Shown piece after piece: positions 55,900 through 64,000 of a DNA stretch of 64,000 bases. Within the stretch, counting starts at the first letter, position 1. Every line of letters starts with the position of its first letter. Origin of the DNA: Eledone cirrhosa (taxonomy: Eukaryota); NCBI GenBank assembly GCA_964016885.1, contig OZ024743.1:157604001-157668000 (forward strand), written 5' to 3'. The notes under the pieces are model-generated. The model was given only the letters and a program-made list of their open reading frames with translations. It ran no database searches and was not told the origin of the DNA. The position numbers were made by a program, and so were the translations under genes.

Positions 55900-56355
55900 A
55901 GGAAGTTATAGTTCACTTGAAGCATTGTGTAATGAGGTATAAACGTTTGTCTTTGTAAACCCAAAACAATGCAGGTATGGACATAGAATATAAACGCAAA
56001 TGCAAAAGACATTGTTGGCAATTAGTCTTTTACCTTAAATTTATTTGAATGTCCTTAATTTTCGAGATAGTATCTCTTCTTCGGAGGGAAATAAAGCGGT
56101 TAAACCAGTGTTCTAAATACCTAGCCAAGTCATGCAAGTTAATTAGAACACTGGTTTAACCGCTTTATTTCCCTCCGAAGAAGAGATATTATCTCGAAAA
56201 TAAAGGACATTCAAATAAATTTAAGGTAAATGACTAATTGTCAACAATATCTTTTGCATTTGCATTTATATTCTATGTCCATACCTGCATTGTTTTGGGT
56301 TTACAAAGACAAACGTTTATACCTCAATGCTTCAAGTGAACTATAACTTCCTCCA
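55897..56355. mobile_element. ~220-bp-arm palindromic PLE-type insertion between (TA)n, carrying a CCGAAGA hammerhead variant
   Basis: Arms 55897-56116 and 56143-56355. Minus strand 56053-56087 reads CCT-CCGAAGA-AGAGAT(ACT)ATCTC-GAAA-AT-TA-AGG. Confidence 0.8.
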
Positions 56356-56376
56356 TATATATATATATATATATAT

Positions 56377-56576
56377 AAAGAATTAGTATATCTGCTAACA
56401 TATATATACAGATGCATACCTATGCCAGCAAATATATAGGTTTTGTCTCAGTAACTATGTGGTTCAATACATGGGGATGCAGAACAATAATATGAGAGAC
56501 GTAAAATAAGAAAATTATAAAAATTAACTTACTTACTAAAATGTTACGTTAATTTTTATAATTTTCTTATTTTACG

Positions 56577-56585
<9 letters not shown>
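56377..56585. mobile_element. PLE tail fragment with a short inverted arm (family of 41245-41503)
   Basis: Near-identical to 41245-41410; arms 56490-56527 and 56547-56585. Confidence 0.72.
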
Positions 56586-56628
<43 letters not shown>

Positions 56629-56895
56629 CGGCGATGAATTAGTTTTGCGAGGTTTTTTATATGAAATCGTGTGTCGAAACAGATATTGTTATATTTGGGG
56701 AGGGTCATATTTGCGTAATATTGCCAGAATTAATAACAGAACACACTCACTGTTTGGTTGGTTTTCGCTTCTCGCTGTCTTTTATATATATATATCTGCG
56801 ATCTAACTTACTCGGTCCTCAATGTTGCCATTGACTGACCGGCGGTCAAAAATAATACAGATACAATATAGACAAACACATATATATATAGTTTA

Positions 56896-56950
56896 CATAA
56901 TTTACATAAATCTTTCGTTGCACATCTGCAACACCGTCAGTGGTGTTATA
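56896..56950 (-). ncRNA. Hammerhead in the inverted arm, core A9>G (CTGACGG)
   Basis: Reverse complement of 58605-58659 with one core substitution. Confidence 0.65.
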
Positions 56951-57220
56951 TTCATTGTTCCTCCTGTTGTGTTGTATGTCTACGCCATTTTTTTTTTTTG
57001 TTCAGTCTGTCTATATATTTATTTATTTATTTGCTTGTTTGTTTATCTTATTTTATTTTGTCTTCTTTGCGCATGCGTTTGCGTGTGTGTATAGTGTTAT
57101 GTGTGATGTGTGACTAGTGTGTATAGTGTTGTGTCTGCTGGGCGACCAGTGTGTGTTTATGTGCCTGTGTATGCACTCACCTATCCTATTTTATTTATTT
57201 TATTTAATTTACTCATTCAT

Positions 57221-58069
57221 TTATACTTCTCTTAGGTCAGTGTTGTTTGTTTGGGTGTTGTTGTTGTTCCACTCATTCTTTCTGTTTAGCTTTGGTCTTC
57301 TAATTTCTATTTCACTGGCCTCTCTGATTTGCCTATCTGCTGGGTCATTCCTATGTTTAGATATTATTCTAATTTCTATGTTGTCTATGTTACCGTCATG
57401 TTGTTGTCTAGCATGTTCGTATAGTACTGACCCATTTTTTCGTCCTTTTAGTTCCCCCCAGTGTTGGTCTATCCTTTCACCTATGCTACGAGCTGTCTCA
57501 CCTATGTATGTTGTTGTCGTGTTTCTGCAAGTACCCTCTGTACATCTTATGCTATAGACTACGTTTCTAGTTTTACAGTTTATCCGGGGGTTCACCTTAC
57601 ATATGATACATTTCCTATTGGTACAGTGGGTTTTCTTAAAAGGGTAGGTTTTGCTGATCAGGGATTTTATGGTGGTTCCTGGCTTTTCTACCACCTTTAT
57701 TTTTAAGTGGGTCTTTCTCAGGGCCTTTCTACACTGGTTAGCTAATTTCCCTCCAGGGGTGGCGTCCACAAACATGACACTCTGATATCTCTGGTTGTCG
57801 TACCATGATGTGGCCTTCCCTATCTTATGTCTAGCCCTATCTAAGCTATTCCATGATTTGCTCCTGTATAGTGGGCAAATTCCTTTCATGTCCAGTTCTA
57901 TGAGGGTCTTATACTTTTCCATGGCTCCTTCGTATACTCTGACTCTGTCTCTTTGGTTGTAGCCAGAGAACTGCATGCGGTTGATGAAGTGTTGGATGTG
58001 TCCTTCCATTTCTGTTGGGTCGCACATGCTGGACACATTCTTCATCACTCGTACCAAATCTGCGATCAG
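57221..58069 (-). pseudogene. Inverted duplicate of the PLE ORF C-terminus (thumb, linker, GIY-YIG)
   Basis: Translation matches the last ~278 aa of 58847-62479. Confidence 0.92.
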
Positions 58070-58604
58070 GATAGACCAACACTGGGGGGAACTAAAAGGA
58101 CGAAACTAAAAGGACGAAAAAACGGGTCAGTACTATACGAACATGCTAGACAACAACATGACGGTAACATAGACAACATAGAAATTAGAATAATATCTAA
58201 ACATAGGAATGACCCAGCAGATAGGCAAATCAGAGAGGCCAGTGAAATAGAAATTAGAAGACCAAAGCTAAACAGAAAGAATGAATGGAAGAACAACAAC
58301 ACCCAAACAAACAACACTGACCTAAGAGAAGTATAAATGAATGAGTAAATTAAATTAAATAAATAAAATAGGATAGGTCAGTGCATACACAGGCACATAA
58401 ACACACACTGGTCGCCCAGCAGACACAACACTATACACACTAGTCACACATCACACATAACACTATACACACACGCAAACGCATGCGCAAAGAAGACAAA
58501 ATAAAATAAGATAAACAAACAAGCAAATAAATAAATAAATATATAGACAGACTGAACAAAAAAAAAATGGCGTAGACATACAACACAACAGGAGGAACAA
58601 TGAA

Positions 58605-58659
58605 TATAACACCACTGACGATGTTGCAGATGTGCAACGAAAGATTTATGTAAATTATG
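58605..58659 (+). ncRNA. Hammerhead ribozyme in the upstream pLTR
   Basis: CA-CTGACGA-T-GTTGCA(GATG)TGCAAC-GAAA-GATT-TA-TG. Stem III AGAUUU is self-complementary with G-U pairs, and stem I can extend through ATAA/TTAT. Confidence 0.78.
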
Positions 58660-58846
58660 TAAACTATATATATATGTGTTTGTCTATATTGTATCTGTAT
58701 TATTTTTGACCGCCGGTCAGTCAATGGCAACATTGAGGACCGAGTAAGTTAGATCGCAGATATATATATATAAAAGACAGCGAGAAGCGAAAACCAACCA
58801 AACAGTGAGTGTGTTCTGTTATTAATTCTGGCAATATTACGCAAAT

Positions 58847-61800
58847 ATGACCCTCCCCAAATATAACAATATCTGTTTCGACACACGATTTCATATAAAA
58901 AACCTCGCAAAACTAATTCATCGCCGCTATGGCATTAGCTTGTGCCAAGCTGAAAGGTTATTGAAAGACACTGTTTTCTGTTATATAAAAACTACAATAA
59001 CAACAGAACAAATCCGCTTCTTAAAACACTGTGTTTCCTCCAAAACATACACAACAAACATATCAAAACAAGTAAATAATTTATTATTGAACAAAACACA
59101 AGCTGAACGGCTAAAACACACAATAACAGTTAATATGAAAAGAACAACATACACAAAAGTCAACGCACTCTACAGACAAAAACGCATCAACGGTAAGGAA
59201 ATCCGAAATCTCATCACAGCAAACGAGAGAGATGACTTCATGAGCGTCATCCGACGCGAAACGAAATATGCTCAAAACGAATGCTGTAGGCATTTCAAGA
59301 AGAAATTAGAATGGATGAATAAGAAAAAACTACAAGAAAGGAAAATCGAATATTCTCAAAAATACCCAGATAACATCGACAACATCCGTATGAGTGATGT
59401 AAAACTACCGGAAGAATTTACCAATGACCACACAGTAAATATCTATGGGAACACTTTAATCAGTGAACAAGAACAACAAATCCTAAAGTTACCACCAAAA
59501 TTTGCCATCTACAAAAAGATTAACCCTATGGAATGCAAAACGGAGCTGGAAAAGTGTTTCACAAAAATACGTTGGAATGCAAAGGTAAACAACAACAACA
59601 ATAATAACGGTAGTAGTAATATAAACAATAACTCTGGGTATAGAAATAACAGCCATAACCATAACAATGGCAGGAAAGTGAGAAATAGTGATAATAGTAA
59701 TAATACTAGCGATAGACAGAACAACAACAACCACAATAATAATAATAATAGAAACGTTAACCACAGACACAGCAACAGTGACCACAGTAGTAATAACTGT
59801 AACAATACGAACAACAACAACAACAATAACCGCAGTGGTAATAATGGAAATAGTACATGTAGCAACATCAACAAAAACAAGAAACATAATAATAGTAACA
59901 ACCACAATGGTAGAAATAGCAGTAACAACAACAACAATAACGGTGAAGTAAACAACAATACATCTAGCAATCATAACAATAATAATATCAATGCTAATGA
60001 TAGAAACAACAACAACCACCATGATAACAATAATAGCAACACACACAACTATGACGATAGAAATAACGACAACCCCTTAGAGAAACTATTTTTCAACCCA
60101 GCTGACAAAACATATAAGATGGGTAATATCTATCCTACGAGGTTACCCTTTAATAAAAGAGTTTGCATACCACAGCAAATAGATGACGAGACGGGGGCAC
60201 AGTTCACCATAGCTAGAAATAAGATTAGACAAGTAGTAGACAGGTACACTATGAGACAGAGCAGACCAGAGGCCCAACAACTTGGGATAAAACCTGTAGA
60301 AGGCTTGGTTAGCCTCAAGCAGCGCACAAGGGATGGTGAGGTAGTGTGTCTACCCACAGATAAGTCTGGTAGGATGTCAATAGATAGCATGCCGAACTAC
60401 ATCGAGGCAATGCAACCCCACATCACCAACACGAGCGAAGTTGCACAACTAACACACGATGGGAGAGAAAAAATCCTCAACGCTCACATGATGATGTGGA
60501 CTGACATCCTAAAGCCAAGCAGACGCACTGCCAACAACTTCCAGGCGTCTAACAATGGCATACCACCCTTGTATGGGCTCCGCAAAGACCACAAGACAGT
60601 CGACGACCCGACAACAGGACCACCAACAAGACCCGTATGCGGAGCTAATATAGCTAGCAACTACAGGATCTTCTACTTCCTCTCAATGGTTATGCGCCCC
60701 ATAATCAAGATGTCCCCAGATGTATGTGAAAGTACAGAGGACCTCCTCAGCAGAATCAGTGAGTGCAACAAAAACAGGAGCCTATCCAACTGCATAATAG
60801 GCAGCATGGATGTGGTGTCACTGTACCCATCCATTAACATTGATTTTGCTGTGAAAAGATGTGTGGAGATGATCATTGAGAGTGAGGTGGAGTTCTGCGA
60901 CGTCGACACAGACGAACTGGGCCTCCTACTTAGACTTACCTACGACACTGACTACCTAGACAGCCATGACCTTAGATGTTTCTGCCCTAGTAGACCTATA
61001 AGATGTAGACCCCCCACCATAACCTCAATGGCTAAAAAGACTCCCTTAGGAAGGTGGATTGGGTGGACCAAAGCTATACGGACCCCCCAAAACACTGATC
61101 AGGTAAGAAAAATGGTCGCACATGCAAAAGGGGCTAGTATCAAAACTACCCTAAAGGGCCACATATTTAAGTTCAATGAGAAAATCTACACCCAAAATGA
61201 GGGAGCAGCCATCGGCGTCAGCATAGCTGGTGATGTTGCCAACCTTTTCATGGTATGGTGGGAAAGGAGACTTAAAGATCTCCTTAATGAAAGCTCCATA
61301 GACCTCATCATGTACTCTCGTTATGTAGACGATATCAATATAGATATAAGAACACCCCCACTAGAGAGCACTAACAAGTTTGATTTAGAACGTAGCACGA
61401 TGGAAAGCATCCAGCAGATAGCTAATTCCATACACCAGAGTATAACTGTAACTATAGACTTCCCTTCCAAACACCCTAACAATAGACTACCTGTATTAGA
61501 CACAGAACTCTGGATTAACACTATAGACGAGAGAGCCCAAATTCTCCACTCACACTATGCTAAACCCATGGCCTCCAAATACCTGATACTCAAAAACTCA
61601 GCAATGTCCAGTAGTGCTAAGTTTAATATTCTGATCGCAGATTTGGTACGAGTGATGAAGAATGTGTCCAGCATGTGCGACCCAACAGAAATGGAAGGAC
61701 ACATCCAACACTTCATCAACCGCATGCAGTTCTCTGGCTACAACCAAAGAGACAGAGTCAGAGTATACGAAGGAGCCATGGAAAAGTATAAGACCCTCAT

Positions 61801-62479
61801 AGAACTGGACATGAAAGGAATTTGCCCACTATACAGGAGCAAATCATGGAATAGCTTAGATAGGGCTAGACATAAGATAGGGAAGGCCACATCATGGTAC
61901 GACAACCAGAGATATCAGAGTGTCATGTTTGTGGACGCCACCCCCGGAGGGAAATTAGCTAACCAGTGTAGAAAGGCCCTGAGAAAGACCCACTTAAAAA
62001 TAAAGGTGGTAGAAAAGCCAGGAACCACCATAAAATCCCTGATCAGCAAAACCTACCCTTTTAAGAAAACCCACTGTACCAATAGGAAATGTATCATATG
62101 TAAGGTGAACCCCCGGATAAACTGTAAAACTAGAAACGTAGTCTATAGCATAAGATGTACAGAGGGTACTTGCAGAAACACGACAACAACATACATAGGT
62201 GAGACAGCTCGTAGCATAGGTGAAAGGATAGACCAACACTGGGGGGAACTAAAAGGACGAAAAAACGGGTCAGTACTATACGAACATGCTAGACAACAAC
62301 ATGACGGTAACATAGACAACATAGAAATTAGAATAATATCTAAACATAGGAATGACCCAGCAGATAGGCAAATCAGAGAGGCCAGTGAAATAGAAATTAG
62401 AAGACCAAAGCTAAACAGAAAGAATGAGTGGAACAACAACAACACCCAAACAAACAACACTGACCTAAGAGAAGTATAA
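58847..62479 (+). CDS. PLE polyprotein: reverse transcriptase + Cys-rich linker + GIY-YIG endonuclease (Neptune/Nematis-like architecture), uninterrupted 1210 aa
   Basis: PTDKSGR, LYGLRKDHK..RPVC, SMDVVSLYPSI, QNEGAAIG..ANLFM, YSRYVDD, LPVLD, CxxxxCxxC..C, NVVY..C..C..YIGET.R..ER..QH, R.IREA..I, LNRKNEW. Confidence 0.95.
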   Translation: MTLPKYNNICFDTRFHIKNLAKLIHRRYGISLCQAERLLKDTVFCYIKTTITTEQIRFLKHCVSSKTYTTNISKQVNNLLLNKTQAERLKHTITVNMKRTTYTKVNALYRQKRINGKEIRNLITANERDDFMSVIRRETKYAQNECCRHFKKKLEWMNKKKLQERKIEYSQKYPDNIDNIRMSDVKLPEEFTNDHTVNIYGNTLISEQEQQILKLPPKFAIYKKINPMECKTELEKCFTKIRWNAKVNNNNNNNGSSNINNNSGYRNNSHNHNNGRKVRNSDNSNNTSDRQNNNNHNNNNNRNVNHRHSNSDHSSNNCNNTNNNNNNNRSGNNGNSTCSNINKNKKHNNSNNHNGRNSSNNNNNNGEVNNNTSSNHNNNNINANDRNNNNHHDNNNSNTHNYDDRNNDNPLEKLFFNPADKTYKMGNIYPTRLPFNKRVCIPQQIDDETGAQFTIARNKIRQVVDRYTMRQSRPEAQQLGIKPVEGLVSLKQRTRDGEVVCLPTDKSGRMSIDSMPNYIEAMQPHITNTSEVAQLTHDGREKILNAHMMMWTDILKPSRRTANNFQASNNGIPPLYGLRKDHKTVDDPTTGPPTRPVCGANIASNYRIFYFLSMVMRPIIKMSPDVCESTEDLLSRISECNKNRSLSNCIIGSMDVVSLYPSINIDFAVKRCVEMIIESEVEFCDVDTDELGLLLRLTYDTDYLDSHDLRCFCPSRPIRCRPPTITSMAKKTPLGRWIGWTKAIRTPQNTDQVRKMVAHAKGASIKTTLKGHIFKFNEKIYTQNEGAAIGVSIAGDVANLFMVWWERRLKDLLNESSIDLIMYSRYVDDINIDIRTPPLESTNKFDLERSTMESIQQIANSIHQSITVTIDFPSKHPNNRLPVLDTELWINTIDERAQILHSHYAKPMASKYLILKNSAMSSSAKFNILIADLVRVMKNVSSMCDPTEMEGHIQHFINRMQFSGYNQRDRVRVYEGAMEKYKTLIELDMKGICPLYRSKSWNSLDRARHKIGKATSWYDNQRYQSVMFVDATPGGKLANQCRKALRKTHLKIKVVEKPGTTIKSLISKTYPFKKTHCTNRKCIICKVNPRINCKTRNVVYSIRCTEGTCRNTTTTYIGETARSIGERIDQHWGELKGRKNGSVLYEHARQQHDGNIDNIEIRIISKHRNDPADRQIREASEIEIRRPKLNRKNEWNNNNTQTNNTDLREV

Positions 62480-62747
62480 ATGAATGAGTAAATTAAATTA
62501 AATAAATAAAATAGGATAGGTGAGTGCATACACAGGCACATAAACACACACTGGTCGCCCAGCAGACACAACACTATACACACAAGTCACACATCACACA
62601 TAACACTATACACACACGCAAACGCATGCGCAAAGAAGACAAAATAAAATAAGATAAACAAACAAGCAAATAAATAAATAAATATATAGACAGACTGAAC
62701 AAAAAAAAAATGGCGTAGACATACAACACAACAGGAGGAACAATGAA

Positions 62748-62802
62748 TATAACACCACTGACGATGTTGCAGATGTGCAACGAAAGATTTATGTAAATTA
62801 TG
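62748..62802 (+). ncRNA. Hammerhead ribozyme in the 3' pLTR
   Basis: Identical to 58605-58659. Confidence 0.78.
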
Positions 62803-62996
62803 TAAACTATATATATATGTGTTTGTCTATATTGTATCTGTATTATTTTTGACCGCCGGTCAGTCAATGGCAACATTGAGGACCGAGTAAGTTAGATCGC
62901 AGATATATATATATAAAAGACAGCGAGAAGCGAAAACCAACCAGTGAGTGTGTTCTGTTGTTAATTCTGGCAATATTACGCAAATATGACCCTCCC

Positions 62997-63000
<4 letters not shown>

Positions 63001-63050
<50 letters not shown>

Positions 63051-63175
63051 CACACACTTATATACATACATATACACATACACATACATATATATATATA
63101 TATACATACATATACATATATATACATATATATATATAGTTATATATACATATATATATACACATATATACACAT

Positions 63176-63206
<31 letters not shown>

Positions 63207-63259
63207 CATGTATATACACATACATACATACATATACATACATACACACACATATACAC

Positions 63260-63310
<51 letters not shown>

Positions 63311-63524
63311 CATATATATACATATATGTGTGTGTGTGTGTATATGTGTGTGTATGTATGTATGTATGTATGTGTATATACATGTATATATATATGTGTA
63401 TGTGTGTGTATGTGTATCTATGTGTATATATATGTATATATATATGTATATATATGTATATATGTATATATATATGTATGTGTATGTGTATATGTATGTA
63501 TATATATGTGTGTATATGTATATA

Positions 63525-63556
<32 letters not shown>

Positions 63557-63557
63557 G
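63001..63557. repeat. Compound TA/CA/TG microsatellite
   Basis: Direct inspection. Confidence 0.95.
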
Positions 63558-63900
63558 ATGAAAGGATTACAAAGGAGAATATATACTGTTAGAACATGTT
63601 TATATAAAGCACCTACGTACGTTTCGCCCGAAAAGGGCTTCTCAAGGGCTTAGAAAACTAAAGATTGTTCAGTACAGGACCCAGAAGGGGTTTTAAAGTG
63701 ATAAATATATAAAAGTTTATTCTTAGTTCAAACATACACGTTGTTATTGTCACAGAACAAGGGGAGTAACTCTGGCCGGTGTTTGAATATTTGTCCCCAA
63801 AGGGCTTATTACCCGTTCACATGATGATGGTTTTCCATTACTAATTTGTGGGTGCTAATTTACCATTGTCAATTCAGGCAGGGTCTGATATGCATAGTTG

Positions 63901-63905
<5 letters not shown>
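63558..63905 (-). mobile_element. Naiad-type PLE 3' UTR/pLTR fragment
   Basis: Reverse complement of 54787-55068, plus the hammerhead segment that is deleted there. Confidence 0.8.
63609..63649 (-). ncRNA. Hammerhead ribozyme, U3-A8 core variant (related copy 54272-54312 has C3/A8)
   Basis: GCCC-TTGAGAA-GCCC(TTTTC)GGGC-GAAA-CGTACG-TA-GGTGC. Confidence 0.78.
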
Positions 63906-63955
<50 letters not shown>

Positions 63956-64000
63956 AACATACACATACAAACACATACGCAAATACATATAAATGCACGT

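Larger units (their letters stand above)
56626..63004 (+). mobile_element. Complete young Penelope-like element: inverted arm (56626-58069) + upstream partial tandem copy/pLTR (58068-58860) + ORF + 3' pLTR
   Basis: Three nearly identical copies of the 3' region; both outer ends run into (TA)n. Confidence 0.95.

Noticed and set aside
56930-56940. A>G in the inverted-arm hammerhead as an imprint of A-to-I editing
   Set aside because: It is a single change, and other differences between the arms are CpG transitions or transversions, so there is no A>G excess.
59489-60046. Hydrophobic Leu/Val-rich minus-strand ORFs
   Set aside because: Antisense shadows of the Asn-rich AAC/AAT tract.

Overview
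AT-rich, microsatellite-dense animal genomic DNA, probably from an octopod cephalopod (inferred from the tRNA-derived SINE family, abundant R4/Dong LINEs and TA/ATT/TACA microsatellites). I found no convincing host gene, and almost everything recognisable is transposon-derived. Two microsatellite insertion hot-spots dominate. (1) An (ATT)n zone at ~1.8-14.2 kb holds a near full-length R4/Dong RLE LINE, three truncated copies of a second Dong family, a full-length L1/Tx1 element and SINEs. (2) A (TA)n zone at ~41-64 kb is packed with Penelope-like element (PLE) insertions. These include one apparently intact PLE (1210-aa RT + GIY-YIG ORF with a ~160-aa Asn-rich insert, a tandem pLTR and a 1.44-kb inverted arm), several Naiad-type fragments and many short palindromic insertions. 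There is also a decayed hAT transposase, a CR1-type LINE, RTE-derived bipartite elements, a mariner-type MITE and a 334-bp tandem repeat. The most notable signal, read by eye, is about 20 complete, variant or half type-I hammerhead ribozyme motifs from roughly a dozen different PLE-related families. Associated with them are a ~460-nt non-coding hammerhead (retrozyme-like) family with tandem/circular junctions, inversion or truncation breakpoints that often fall at the ribozyme core, and a shared (TA)TTGAG(T/C)AC motif near the 3' tails. Coordinates and folds were derived by hand; no searches or folding programs were run.
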